Assembly: GCA_003193925.1 (NCBI GenBank)
Contig: PSPG01000005.1
Coordinates: forward strand, 17,840-81,839
Direction: 5' to 3'
Source: Candidatus Thalassarchaeum betae
Lineage (GTDB): Archaea; Thermoplasmatota; Poseidoniia; Poseidoniales; Thalassarchaeaceae
DNA: 64,000 nt
How positions within the stretch are numbered: position 1 is the first letter of the stretch; the number at the start of each line of letters is the position of its first letter. Position numbers and translations under genes: made by a program. Below are positions 8,591-19,028 of this stretch, one piece after another. A model generated the notes under the pieces. That model ran no database searches. It was not told the DNA's origin and worked only from the letters and a program-made list of their open reading frames with translations.

Positions 8591-9627
8591 ATGCTCGCCA
8601 AGTGCACCTTGAGCGAGTCTATCGCAGCCATCTCAGAGGGATCCCTTCCGTTCAGCAGCGCGAGCGCGATCGACACCCAGTCGGTGACGTGAGCTGCGTA
8701 GAGCAGCCGCTCGAGCAGGCTGGAGCCCTCGCACTCGATGCGCCAAACGATCTCGGTCTCGATGTTATCCAGCATCCAGCCCATGCGCGCTCGCGCGCGC
8801 GAGCGCGTGCTGTCGGATGTGAATGCGATGAGCCCTCGGGATGATGTGTCTTCTGCGGACCATGCTACGATCTCGTTGTGGTTCATCTCGGGAACCTCTG
8901 CGGGGTGCGCGAACGCCGCCGAGTTCTCGTTCAGCTGGCAGGCGAAGCGATACGCGGCCGGACCGAGTTCGGTGGGTGCCACGATTCCGACCTCGCGTCC
9001 GGCTATGGAGCGAGCCATCGTCTCGGACATGCCGTCGCCATCAATCAGATCAGCGTCAGCTGAAGCAGCCCTGAGGCGCTCGACCATCGCTGCCCTCTCA
9101 TCCCCGCTAGGCGCGGCGAGCAGGCCCAGTGCCCAGCAGGCGGCGAGCTGGGTGCCGAGGATGTGGCCGAATGCCGAGCGTGGCATCTGGCCGCCGGGGA
9201 CTGCGAGCGAAACGGAGTCGTCGCTGCCATCGAGCAGTTCCGCGAGTTGTCCGCCCGAGCACACGCCCACCACGGTGCCGCCGGACTCGAGAGCCTCGCG
9301 CACACCATCCAGGGTCTCCTCGGTGTTGCCCGAGTAGGAAGTGGCCAGAACCAGCCATTCGGGGCCCCACCAGCTCGGCAGGCCGTAGTCGCCCCATACG
9401 ACGAAGGGAAGGCCGCCCTCCGCGTCGGCCAGTGCCTTGAGGAAGCGCCCTCCTGCCCCGGAGCCGCCCATGCCGAGGCAGAGGACGCCGCTCCAGTCGG
9501 AGTCGTCCTCGATGCCGACCTCGGCTGCCATCGCGGCCTCGAGGTCGTCTGCGAAACTGCGAGTGAGCCCGGCCATACCACTGGCATCTAGCTCGGCGAG
9601 CAGGGAGGCCATGTCACTCTCGCCCAT
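8584..9627 (-). CDS. Bifunctional phosphoglucose/phosphomannose isomerase (SIS domain)
   Basis: GMGGSG, SYSGNTEET, MPRSA, QLNENS, PEMNHNE. Start set at ATG 9627, after SD GAGGTG. Confidence 0.88.
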   Translation of the reverse strand: MGESDMASLLAELDASGMAGLTRSFADDLEAAMAAEVGIEDDSDWSGVLCLGMGGSGAGGRFLKALADAEGGLPFVVWGDYGLPSWWGPEWLVLATSYSGNTEETLDGVREALESGGTVVGVCSGGQLAELLDGSDDSVSLAVPGGQMPRSAFGHILGTQLAACWALGLLAAPSGDERAAMVERLRAASADADLIDGDGMSETMARSIAGREVGIVAPTELGPAAYRFACQLNENSAAFAHPAEVPEMNHNEIVAWSAEDTSSRGLIAFTSDSTRSRARARMGWMLDNIETEIVWRIECEGSSLLERLLYAAHVTDWVSIALALLNGRDPSEMAAIDSLKVHLASIQ

Positions 9628-9629
9628 GC

Positions 9630-10682
9630 TCACACCTCGTTGACTGCTCCCGGCAACGCCAGCCATGCTCCGTCTATGAAGCCGATGCGCAGGCGTGAGG
9701 CGGTGCCGTCGTCGTCGTACGGGAACGCCACCGTGACCATCTTGTAGTCCGTCGGGTCCATCACCTCGGCGGCGGAGCTGTCGCGGTTCATGACCTCCAC
9801 ATCGTGCTGCTCCTTAGTCGGGCACACGACTGTCGACTTCTCCATGTCACGCCATGATACCCCGGTTCGCTCGAACCGATCCAGTCTGCGCAGGCTCGGG
9901 CCGTCCTTCTGCCAACCGTCGATGAGCCAGAACTGCTGTCTGAATCTTATGACATCCCTTAGCCCGTAGGCTGGCTTGCGGTAGCTGAGGGTGAGTCTGG
10001 TCACGTCGATGCCGTCGCTGGTGCCGACTACAGATGATGTCTCTTTGATCCTCCCCCCGAACCTCCTGACCAGTCTGCGCCCCCAGTTCTTGGCCATGGC
10101 CTTCGAGCCGAGCTGTAGGTCCCAGCCCCCAGTCACCGGCCCCTCATTGGTGACGAAGAACATGGGATCCGGCTCCATGTTCTCGATCATCTCATCCAGC
10201 GTCGCCCTGAGTTCCTTGAGCTCGGCGTCGTCCAAGCGTCGCCCAGCAGAGCGGAGTTGGACGGTGGCTTCGAAGTAAGAGCCGGCCTTTCGCGCGCAGG
10301 CCGGGCAGACGGCGTTGCTCGTCTGGAGCAGAATCGAGTGCTGATCTTCGAACTCGTACCCCTCGATGGATCCCTTGACATCCACGTGGAGTCGGTTCGT
10401 CCTGTCATCGATGGCTTCGACGGCGAAGTCGACATCGACTTGCTTGGCCCGCTCCTCGGTGACCAGGTTCTCGCGGATTCGCAGGTCGGCGATGATATCG
10501 GGGTCCATCTCGGACCATCGTCCTCTGACCTCATAGGAGTCGCATTTGGAGCAGCGTGACTGCTGGATTATCTCAGGTATCTTGGACAGCGTCGTGCGCT
10601 GCCTCATGCATGCCTCACACATCCTCTCGGAGGTGAGTGGCGGGGGCGCCCCGCAGACGATGCAGAAGGCTCCGGCTGGCAT
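9630..10682 (-). CDS. nmd3: NMD3-family protein (large-subunit biogenesis)
   Basis: CIVCG...CEAC, CSKC, CPACAR...YFEATVQLR, GGWDLQLGS. Confidence 0.88.
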   Translation of the reverse strand: MPAGAFCIVCGAPPPLTSERMCEACMRQRTTLSKIPEIIQQSRCSKCDSYEVRGRWSEMDPDIIADLRIRENLVTEERAKQVDVDFAVEAIDDRTNRLHVDVKGSIEGYEFEDQHSILLQTSNAVCPACARKAGSYFEATVQLRSAGRRLDDAELKELRATLDEMIENMEPDPMFFVTNEGPVTGGWDLQLGSKAMAKNWGRRLVRRFGGRIKETSSVVGTSDGIDVTRLTLSYRKPAYGLRDVIRFRQQFWLIDGWQKDGPSLRRLDRFERTGVSWRDMEKSTVVCPTKEQHDVEVMNRDSSAAEVMDPTDYKMVTVAFPYDDDGTASRLRIGFIDGAWLALPGAVNEV

Positions 10683-10747
10683 GATGCTCCCTGCTCTCCG
10701 CTCAGCCCGCCCGTTTCAAGGGTTCCCGGAGGGAAAAAATGGGTAAA

Positions 10748-10897
10748 TCACTCGATTTCGTCGTCTGAGAGGACGTCCTCGGCAGCCGCGAGACGCGCGT
10801 CGAGGTCAGCCAACCTGCTGAACAGTCGGTAGACGTAGACACCTATCAGGCCAATGAGAGCGAAGTACACGACAGCAAGTTCGGTCAGCCCGGTCAA
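10748..10897 (-). CDS. Small single-TM protein, CcmD-like (49 aa; not in the ORF track)
   Basis: TTG start overlaps the ccmC stop, with GGAGG upstream. Sequence MTGLTELAVVYFALIGLIGVYVYRLFSRLADLDARLAAAEDVLSDDEIE has a TM segment plus charged coiled tail and sits directly after ccmC. Confidence 0.65.
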   Translation of the reverse strand: MTGLTELAVVYFALIGLIGVYVYRLFSRLADLDARLAAAEDVLSDDEIE

Positions 10898-11607
10898 TGT
10901 ACCGCCTCCTCGTCGAGAAGACGCTGCAAGCGGCCCAGTCTTGATTCCATCTGGTGGACGGTGTCAGTAAGCAGGGCGAAGCCCGCGAAGAGCAGGAAGA
11001 ACGAGACGAAGCCAAGAATCAGGACCATCATTATCTCGGGCGCCAGCCCGGCTTCCTCGCTCTCGATGATGATGATTCCGGGATGGCGCTCCTGGTACCA
11101 AGTCGTCGCCAGAGCGGTAATGGGGACCAGAGCGAAGCCAAACAGCCCGACGGCTGCGATGGTGTCTCTGGTGTCCTGACCGTCGGGCTGAGAGTTGCGA
11201 GCGAGCACTAGGAAGAGGGCGACCGCGGTGAGGAGCCCGTATGTATTCAGCCTCAGGTCGCCCCAGTCCCACGGCACGCCCCACTCTGCCGAGCCCCAGA
11301 TGGGACCAGAGATTACCACACCCAAGCCGAACAGCAGCCCGAGGTCCGAGCCGGTGCATATGAGCCTCCACCCCATGTCCGAGCGGCGCATGTACCAAGT
11401 CACTGAGCCGACGAAGAGCACGCAGAAGGCGAGGAACGAGGACCAAGCGAAGGGAACGTGCCAGAACAGTATCCGGTAGGCCTCAGGCGCTTTCCACGCC
11501 TCCGCATCGACTTCCGGCGCCCACAGGAAGCCGAGCAGAACCGTGGCCGCTGCACCTGTCAGGCCGAGGGCTGTCAGCGTCTTGCCCCTCGTTCCAGCAG
11601 ATGACAT
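10894..11607 (-). CDS. ccmC: Heme chaperone/channel CcmC (cytochrome c biogenesis system I)
   Basis: FWHVP, Trp-rich WGSAEWGVPWDWGDLRL, second His (ERHP), about 6 TM segments. Confidence 0.85.
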   Translation of the reverse strand: MSSAGTRGKTLTALGLTGAAATVLLGFLWAPEVDAEAWKAPEAYRILFWHVPFAWSSFLAFCVLFVGSVTWYMRRSDMGWRLICTGSDLGLLFGLGVVISGPIWGSAEWGVPWDWGDLRLNTYGLLTAVALFLVLARNSQPDGQDTRDTIAAVGLFGFALVPITALATTWYQERHPGIIIIESEEAGLAPEIMMVLILGFVSFFLLFAGFALLTDTVHQMESRLGRLQRLLDEEAVH

Positions 11608-11645
11608 GATCTACGGAATCTGCTCCCTGTCATGAATGCTCGTCT

Positions 11646-13058
11646 TCAGGCCTCAGGCAGGAACACCGCGACAGCCCAGACCAGTGCGGAAGTCAGGCTC
11701 GCAATCAGGCAGGTCACCAGCGGGTCGCCCATACCCAGCCCGAACGACATGCCGTCGGTCATGATTGTCGAAAGTGCATCCGTCAACTCGAGGAAGGGCC
11801 AGACCAGCACCAAGAGGAGGAGGGAGGCGGCTGCGGCACTGGCTCGGCGGAGGTCTGCTACGAGCAGGTGCAATGCGGCTGCTGCGATGGCGACGTCGAG
11901 CATGGCGACCGCAGGCAGCCAGAGCCATCGCAGAACCTCTGACGATGCGTCGGAATCGAAAGAGCCGGCCAGCACGAACCACGATAGGTAGGTCAGTGGA
12001 ATCGGCAGAATGAGAGACGCTCCGACCAGCGAATTCGCAGGACGTGTCATCGGGCCGACGACCGCAGACCACCAGCGCCCGCAGTCGGCCTCAGCCAAGC
12101 GCCTGACCAGAGCGGGCGAGACTACGGCTGTGATGAACGCGGGAACGAGGACCAGCGCGGCCAGCATGTCGTTGCCCGCGTGACTCAGGTCGAGTTCGCC
12201 TACGAGAGCGTATGCGAGGAGCATCGCCACGATTGCCGGTACGGCCCGCCCGACGGTGTCTATGGGATTGCGCATCTCCATCCTCAAGGCCCACCTCATC
12301 AGCGAGCCGAGCGTGCTGGGCTCGGAAGAGCCGTCGGGTTGGGGGAGTTGTGCGGGCACTCCTTGGGACTCGCCGGTAGACTCTGTCAGCATGCCTCCCT
12401 CGACGCTGACCACGCGGTCGGCGCATCGGATCACCTCCGCATCGTGAGTAGCGACGAGGACTCCGTGGCCCATGGAGGCCAAAGCCTTCAGCCAGCCTGC
12501 CAGAAGCGCTCTGGCGGACTCGTCCAGCCCCTCCGAGGGCTCGTCGAGCAGGGCGACCCGAGAATCCCCGCAGAGCGCAGCGGGAGCGAGTCCGCACAGT
12601 ACTGCCAGGCGACGGCGCAGGCCCCCTGACAACTGTGATATCCTGTCCGCACGCCTGTGCTCCAACCCCCATGCGGACAGCATCTCGGCCATCTTCGCTT
12701 CGTCAGAGAGGCTTCCAGCGACGCATAGTGCGGTGGCGAGCCTCTCCTCGACGTTCTCCTCACCGCACATCCCGTCGCTCTGGAGGGTGAGTCCCATCGG
12801 CGGGAGAGCGGTCCTGCGGCCATCCGAGTCACGCACGACTCGCTGAGAGCCTGTCCCAGAGCGCCAGCTGACGCTCCCTGAGGTGAGAGGAAGCAGCCCG
12901 GCGCAGGCCTCGAGCAGTGTAGTCTTGCCAGAGCCGTTGGGCCCGACCAAAGCCACTACCTCCCCTTCGCTCAGATGGAAATCGACATCTTTCAGGACCG
13001 TTCGCGGGCCCCGATGCACTTCGATGCCCGATGCCAGCAGCAGAGTGCCTTGTTCCAC
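11646..13058 (-). CDS. ABC ATPase fused to a permease (CcmA-CcmB-like fusion)
   Basis: Walker A GPNGSGKT, signature LSGGLRRR, LLDEP and ATHD, followed by about 6 TM segments. Lies directly upstream of ccmC. Confidence 0.75.
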   Translation of the reverse strand: MEQGTLLLASGIEVHRGPRTVLKDVDFHLSEGEVVALVGPNGSGKTTLLEACAGLLPLTSGSVSWRSGTGSQRVVRDSDGRRTALPPMGLTLQSDGMCGEENVEERLATALCVAGSLSDEAKMAEMLSAWGLEHRRADRISQLSGGLRRRLAVLCGLAPAALCGDSRVALLDEPSEGLDESARALLAGWLKALASMGHGVLVATHDAEVIRCADRVVSVEGGMLTESTGESQGVPAQLPQPDGSSEPSTLGSLMRWALRMEMRNPIDTVGRAVPAIVAMLLAYALVGELDLSHAGNDMLAALVLVPAFITAVVSPALVRRLAEADCGRWWSAVVGPMTRPANSLVGASLILPIPLTYLSWFVLAGSFDSDASSEVLRWLWLPAVAMLDVAIAAAALHLLVADLRRASAAAASLLLLVLVWPFLELTDALSTIMTDGMSFGLGMGDPLVTCLIASLTSALVWAVAVFLPEA

Positions 13059-13147
13059 GCGAGCCCGAAGGTGGGCTATCGTTTGAGTAGTTCCATCACG
13101 GGGTCGAAGCGGCTATTCGCTCAAGCCGCGCGGCTTGGAAGGGCTAC

Positions 13148-14182
13148 ATGGGAGTCGAGTGGGCTGACTTAGCGGGCAGCGACCTGATTGTGGTCGGGAT
13201 ATTGGTCGCAGTTGCGCTCGCACCCTACGTCTCCGCGGTGCGCGGCGAAACCAGCCTGGCGCTGGCCACCGTGCTCTCGCTGATGCTCGTGACCTTCGTG
13301 CAGTTCGCACATTCGGTAATGACCGGAGTCCCGATCCACTTCGCGTGGATGATCGACCTCTTCGGCATCAAGCCCCACCTCATGGGAGACCCTCTCGAGT
13401 CGTACAGGATGGTGTCTGCTGCGTGGCTCCACGCCGACTGGGTCCATGTCCTGGGCAACATACTGGTGATCGCATTGGTCGGGGTTCCGCTGGAGCAGAG
13501 GCTGGGCGGACGCAGGTGGATGGCCGTGTACTTCCTCGGGTTCGTCGGAGGCAACGCAGCTTGGATCCTGTCGCATCCCGAGTCGTCGGCTCCGGCCATC
13601 GGGGCCAGTGGCGCTGCATTCGGGCTGCTGGGGGCTTACATGGCCTGCTGGCCCGAGGACAAGATTGAGTTTCCTCTGCTGTTCTTCATCCGGGCTTGGC
13701 CGGTCTGGCTGATCGTCTTCATCAGGCTGGGTCTGGAGGTCTGGCAGATGTATTCGCTACAAGCTGGGACCGCTGGCGAGTCGAACATAGCCCACATGGC
13801 CCATGCCGGCGGCTTCTTCGTGGCGTATCTGCTGGCAAGGCCAATCGCCAGAGGGGCTCCCAGCTCGCTCGACTCGCCGCAGGAATCGGCCACTGGACCG
13901 GCGCGGGCGGAAGCCATCAGGGCACAGGCCAAGGAGAGTATGGGAAGCCTCGATGACGACCCTTGGGCGGCGGTTGAGAAACCGCTGCAGGGCGGGGCTG
14001 CTCGAATACTGAGGAGGCTGCGAGAGGAGGGCGATGAATTGGAGACCCGCAGAGCCTGGTTAGAGGAGCTCTCCGAGCACACCATCTGCCCTGTCTGCGA
14101 TGGCGAGATGATTACCGAGATAAGGGGCGAGAACTGCAGGTTGCGCTGCGCCCTGGTCGGCTCTCACGTCAAGTGGCCCTGA
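13148..14182 (+). CDS. Rhomboid intramembrane serine protease with a C-terminal soluble domain containing CPVC...C
   Basis: WLHADWVHVLGN, catalytic GASGA and AHMAHAGG. Confidence 0.9.
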   Translation: MGVEWADLAGSDLIVVGILVAVALAPYVSAVRGETSLALATVLSLMLVTFVQFAHSVMTGVPIHFAWMIDLFGIKPHLMGDPLESYRMVSAAWLHADWVHVLGNILVIALVGVPLEQRLGGRRWMAVYFLGFVGGNAAWILSHPESSAPAIGASGAAFGLLGAYMACWPEDKIEFPLLFFIRAWPVWLIVFIRLGLEVWQMYSLQAGTAGESNIAHMAHAGGFFVAYLLARPIARGAPSSLDSPQESATGPARAEAIRAQAKESMGSLDDDPWAAVEKPLQGGAARILRRLREEGDELETRRAWLEELSEHTICPVCDGEMITEIRGENCRLRCALVGSHVKWP

Positions 14183-14252
14183 ACGGATGCATCGAGTAAT
14201 CCCGGACAGGTTGGGATTATACCCCATCCGAGTTTGGCTCTCAGGGAGAGCC

Positions 14253-17200
14253 ATGGTTCTGAGCAGGCACCCGGCAGCCCCTCTGATTGCGGTCGCGCTT
14301 CTGCTCGTCATGGACTTCTCGATGGGTGCAGGCGCCATGATAGCCACCTCCGACATCACTGACGAGGGGGGCGGTAAGGCCCCCCAGTCCAACGCCAACC
14401 TCCCTCCTCCGCTGATGTGCGGCGAAGAGGAATGCCCTCAGAAGGACCGTTCCCCGGGCTTCCCCGCCGGGGATGCCGGATGGCCAGTCGAGGACCCCGG
14501 ATGGTGGTTCGGGTACTGGTATGACCTCGACTCGGACGGCATGGACGACCGGTTGCAGCGAATCATCGCGGGAGAGCGGGTTTCTGTCTCCACCACATCG
14601 ATAATCGGTGCTGACGGGCTGCCGACGGTCGCCATAGTGGTCGACTACTCATGGCATCCGGGACCCACCGACATCCAAGCCATCAAGGCGGTCTTGTACG
14701 AACACGGCTGGAGCGCGCAGGGCTCCTGGTTCGATGTCCTCCACATCCTCGACTCCATCGTCATCGACCATGTCCCTGTGAGTTCGCTGATAGACATCTG
14801 GGGTCTGGAGGGAGTGGTAATGATCGAGGAGCAGAACGTCATAGTGCCACTGCTAGACAAGGCCACTCGCGGCTCGAAGGTCCGTGACTCGGACGTCTTT
14901 GACGAGACGATGCGCGACTTCGGCTACGACGGCTCGGGCGTCGTCATCGCGATCCTAGACTCCGGGGTGGACAACGAGCACTTCTCGCTGGACGACTTCT
15001 CGGACGACAACAATGACAACGAGAAGGACCCGGATGAGCTGCCTGATCCGAAGTGGATAGCAGGCTGCGATGCGACCTCGTGGAACTCGCAGGACTGCGA
15101 CGACGGCGATAACGACCCGGACGACGGTGATGGCCACGGCACTCACGTTGCTGGAATCGCCTTGGGTACCGGGGATGAGCGGAGGATCAACCAGGGCTAT
15201 GCGCCCGGCTCCTACCTGGTCGATGTCAAAGTCATGAGCGATGCGGGCGCTACTAATTCCGCTGCAACCCTGAGGGGCATACAATGGGTGATTGACAACG
15301 CCGACAGAGACTGGGGCAACAACGAGTCCAGCGAGGGCATCGACGTGATGTCGATGTCCTTCGGTGCGGGCAGCGACCCACAGGGCGATGACCCGGGCGA
15401 CAATGGCTCCAACGCGGAAGCCAGAGCAGTGGACGAAGCGAGCGATGCAGGAATAGTCTGCATCGCCGCCATCGGCAACGACGGACGTCGCAGGATAACC
15501 TCCGTGGGAGCTGCTGACACCGCCATCACGGTAGGTGCGATCGATGACGAGAACACGATTAAGCGCGGTGATGACATGATTGCCTCCTACTCCAACTCAG
15601 GTCCGAGGGAGGACGACGGAGACGACAACGAATGGGACGAGCTGAAGCCCACCGTCGTCGCGCCCGGATCCAGTATCATGTCCGCTCAGCACGCTGCTTC
15701 AAGCAGCGGTATCCCGGGGGCTCCCAGACCTCTGGCTGAGGACAGTTACACCCAGATGACAGGCACCAGCATGTCGGCTCCGGCTGTAGCCGGGTTCGTC
15801 GCCGTCATGCTGCAGATAGACGATGGTCTCGAGCCGCAGGAGGTCAAGGACCTGTTGCAAAACAACTCGGAGACCCGCGGCTCCCCATCCATGCCGAGCA
15901 TCACCGACAAGTGGAACGATCATTACGGATTCGGTATCATTGATGGCAATATGATCCTCGAAGCGATACTCGGAGGAGGGATCGACCCCGATCCGGGTAA
16001 CGGAACTGAGCCGCCCCCACCTGGCTCGGGCGACTGGGTGGTCTTCGAGAATCCCGAGGAGGAATCCTGGTTGGTGGAGGGCGAGACCTACAGCGCTCGA
16101 GGCCATATCGACGAGGATGCCGAGACCAACGGTACCATCGAGGAGGTCGCGGTCAGGATCTCGTACACTCACAGGCCCGAGGGCGAGCCGAAGAGAGAGG
16201 TCGTCCTGCTCGACTGGCACGCTGCTCAGGGGTCGACCAACTGGACCACTCCGTTCACCCTGCCCGAGTTCACCGAGGACGAGATCAACGTCCTCGAGGT
16301 GATCCTCGAAGCCCAGGCGAGGAACCAGTTCGACCAGTGGAGCGACGTCGCCGAGCAGAAGCACGAGGTCGGGCTGGTCGAGGTCACGATGGGTGGTCCG
16401 AGCGGTCAGAATCCCGTATCTGGGAACGTCAACGTCTACGGGACTTGGGAGTCGGTGAACGGCGGGACCGTCCAATGGAGACTCGGCACCGGTTCATGGG
16501 AGACCGCTCAGACCTTCGGCGGCAGCGGCAGCGGCAATGGCGACTGGTCTGTCACGTGGAACACCGAGGAGATCGGCGACGGCTTCTATAGGCTCTCGGT
16601 CAGGATGATCAGCGGCGACGGTGTACGCTCCGACGAGGTCCGCAGGACCGTTGAGGTCGACAACGATCCGCCGGCACCCGACCTGATGTTCAGGACTGGA
16701 CTGTCGGTCGAGGAGTACGGCATCCCGCTTTCTGAGACCTACGTCAACACATTCCTCGAGATCCGTACCGAGATACGCAACGACGGCGACCTAGCGGCCT
16801 CGAACCTAGCCATCTCACTCTATGAAGACGGGGCTCGGAAGGACCAGATGGTGCTGCCGAGCATAGACAGCGGTGACATCGTCGAGATAGTGCTGTACTG
16901 GAACCCAGACACTGTAGGCGACAAGGTCGTCATGGTGTCCCTCGACCCCGCCGACACTATCGAGGAGATCGATGAGACCAACAACGAGCAGTCGATCACC
17001 TTCCCAGTTATCCAGAGGCCGCAGGGCATTGACCTTGCCTTCCGCGAGGGCGCTGTTCGCACCGAGCCCACCATCCCGCGCCCGCACGAGCAGTTCCTGA
17101 TCACCGCGAGGGTCGACAACCTCGGCTCATCCGATGCGACCAGCGTGGGGGCGATGCTGGAGATCATGACCGAGCTAGGTTGGGAGCTGGTCTCATCGAC

Positions 17201-19019
17201 CGCGATATCGCTGGTCGCCGGTCAGGGCGCATCGCAGATATCGTTCGCCCACCGAGCGAACGAGTCGGGGCCACTAGACGTGCGAATAACCCTCTCAGGC
17301 TCGACCTTGGCCGACCTCGACTGGAGCAACAACCAAGTCGAGGCCACCATTCTGGTCGACGAGTCGACCCTGTCCGGCGCGAGGGCGATGAACTTCGAAT
17401 CGGGCGAGGTCCCGGTGAAGGTCGTCGACCTCGATGACGAGGGGCTCGTCATCACCGAGAAGGACGGCCGGTTGAGGCTGTACAGACTGAACTCAAACCT
17501 CGGCACTACAGCCTGCACCAATGTGCTGGAGGACGTGTGGTCGGGCGACATCGCGATCTGGAGCACTGAGGACGGGGTGGCCCATGTGGTCTGGACGAGG
17601 AGGTTTCTCGATTCAGAAGGCTACTTCCAGCAGACGCTGAGCTACTCGACGATAGACGCGACCTGCCAGATGACGCCCATTCAGGATCTTATGGATCCGA
17701 TTCTGCTGTCTGACGGCAAGTACTGGGGAATCGACGTCGATGTCGATGGCTCGGATGTCTTGGTTGCAGGCTACCATCGTGACCTCTCCACCGGGGGCAC
17801 ATACGAGGACCTGACCAGCGTCTTCCTGCTCCACGCCGATGCTCCCACCAAGTCCTCGGACTGGGAGTTGACGCCAAACGTGATCGGCGAGATAGACCTC
17901 GCCCCAGGCGCCGACCCCGTGGACGTGGAGTTCGGTGAAGACGATGGCGCTCACCTCCTCTACCAGTCGATCAGAAGCGACTCGACCGGTATTGAGAGGC
18001 TTGGACTATGGTACGCTCACGGACTCGTGGAGCAGTCCCCATGGGCGTTCAAGAAGGCCATCGGTGACGAGGCCTCACTAGGGTGTATGAAGGTCCTGAT
18101 CATCGACGATGAGGAGCGCATCGTAGCAGCCTGGAGGGAGGGCGACGACCACGAGTCGGATCTGGTGGTGATTGTAACTGACTCGTCGTTTGAAGCCGTC
18201 GATAACCTCAGTCGCAGATACCCTGCAAGGGGTATTGGCACAATCGAGATGATCGAGGTGGAGCGAGGCGTCCAGGTGTTCTTCGACATGGTCGGGCCGA
18301 CAGGTCCGCAAGTCCAGTACGGGATGATAGACGCCGAAGACGGTTGGCTGGGAATCTCAAATCGCCTGAACCTAGGATACCTCTACCTCGTCGACCGGTC
18401 CCCTGACAGCAGCGAGACCATCATCATCCACACCTCGGCCAGTGGGTGGCAGATCAGGGCCCTGATCGACGACGATTCTGACGGAGGGGGCGGCTCGCTC
18501 CTAGAGCAGGTTCGACACGCGCTGGGACTCGATGAGCAGAACTTCAAGATCCTGCTCGGGGGCTTCGCCATCACCATCCTCGTCCTGTGCGCCATAATCC
18601 TGACGACCCTCTCCGCCAGAGCAGTCAGGTGGATGAAGGGCCGCAGGAGGACCGAGGCTTCTGGGACGGTGATGCTGGAGGAGGATGTGGTCGACGTCAT
18701 CGACGAGGATGACATCGCCGTCACCACCAGTGAGGTGACTGATGCGCAGCTCGTGGAGCTGGTCGACATCAATGAGGGAGCCGGGGATCGACGCGAGCGC
18801 AGAGAGAGAAGGAGCCAGATGGCAGCCGCTCCCGAGCCGCTGCCTCCCGTCCCGGCACCCGACGCTCCAGAGGCACCACCGGAAGGGGCGCTGGTTCCGC
18901 CGGAGTTGCCGCCTCTGAACCGCCCGGTGATGTGCCCCAGTTGCTCAAGCAGGTTCGAGGCCCCCTCCGATGTGAAGATGGCAAAGTGCCCCGTGTGCGA
19001 CGGGCGCATCGACCTCTGA
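14253..19019 (+). CDS. Large secreted, membrane-anchored subtilisin (S8) protease with CARDB/Ig-like domains and a cytoplasmic Zn ribbon
   Basis: Catalytic triad ILDSG, GHGTHVAG, GTSMSAP; IDETNNEQS-type CARDB motifs; a TM segment near the C-terminus; terminal CPSC...CPVC. Start set at ATG 14253. Confidence 0.9.
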   Translation: MVLSRHPAAPLIAVALLLVMDFSMGAGAMIATSDITDEGGGKAPQSNANLPPPLMCGEEECPQKDRSPGFPAGDAGWPVEDPGWWFGYWYDLDSDGMDDRLQRIIAGERVSVSTTSIIGADGLPTVAIVVDYSWHPGPTDIQAIKAVLYEHGWSAQGSWFDVLHILDSIVIDHVPVSSLIDIWGLEGVVMIEEQNVIVPLLDKATRGSKVRDSDVFDETMRDFGYDGSGVVIAILDSGVDNEHFSLDDFSDDNNDNEKDPDELPDPKWIAGCDATSWNSQDCDDGDNDPDDGDGHGTHVAGIALGTGDERRINQGYAPGSYLVDVKVMSDAGATNSAATLRGIQWVIDNADRDWGNNESSEGIDVMSMSFGAGSDPQGDDPGDNGSNAEARAVDEASDAGIVCIAAIGNDGRRRITSVGAADTAITVGAIDDENTIKRGDDMIASYSNSGPREDDGDDNEWDELKPTVVAPGSSIMSAQHAASSSGIPGAPRPLAEDSYTQMTGTSMSAPAVAGFVAVMLQIDDGLEPQEVKDLLQNNSETRGSPSMPSITDKWNDHYGFGIIDGNMILEAILGGGIDPDPGNGTEPPPPGSGDWVVFENPEEESWLVEGETYSARGHIDEDAETNGTIEEVAVRISYTHRPEGEPKREVVLLDWHAAQGSTNWTTPFTLPEFTEDEINVLEVILEAQARNQFDQWSDVAEQKHEVGLVEVTMGGPSGQNPVSGNVNVYGTWESVNGGTVQWRLGTGSWETAQTFGGSGSGNGDWSVTWNTEEIGDGFYRLSVRMISGDGVRSDEVRRTVEVDNDPPAPDLMFRTGLSVEEYGIPLSETYVNTFLEIRTEIRNDGDLAASNLAISLYEDGARKDQMVLPSIDSGDIVEIVLYWNPDTVGDKVVMVSLDPADTIEEIDETNNEQSITFPVIQRPQGIDLAFREGAVRTEPTIPRPHEQFLITARVDNLGSSDATSVGAMLEIMTELGWELVSSTAISLVAGQGASQISFAHRANESGPLDVRITLSGSTLADLDWSNNQVEATILVDESTLSGARAMNFESGEVPVKVVDLDDEGLVITEKDGRLRLYRLNSNLGTTACTNVLEDVWSGDIAIWSTEDGVAHVVWTRRFLDSEGYFQQTLSYSTIDATCQMTPIQDLMDPILLSDGKYWGIDVDVDGSDVLVAGYHRDLSTGGTYEDLTSVFLLHADAPTKSSDWELTPNVIGEIDLAPGADPVDVEFGEDDGAHLLYQSIRSDSTGIERLGLWYAHGLVEQSPWAFKKAIGDEASLGCMKVLIIDDEERIVAAWREGDDHESDLVVIVTDSSFEAVDNLSRRYPARGIGTIEMIEVERGVQVFFDMVGPTGPQVQYGMIDAEDGWLGISNRLNLGYLYLVDRSPDSSETIIIHTSASGWQIRALIDDDSDGGGGSLLEQVRHALGLDEQNFKILLGGFAITILVLCAIILTTLSARAVRWMKGRRRTEASGTVMLEEDVVDVIDEDDIAVTTSEVTDAQLVELVDINEGAGDRRERRERRSQMAAAPEPLPPVPAPDAPEAPPEGALVPPELPPLNRPVMCPSCSSRFEAPSDVKMAKCPVCDGRIDL

Positions 19020-19028
19020 GGTACTTCT

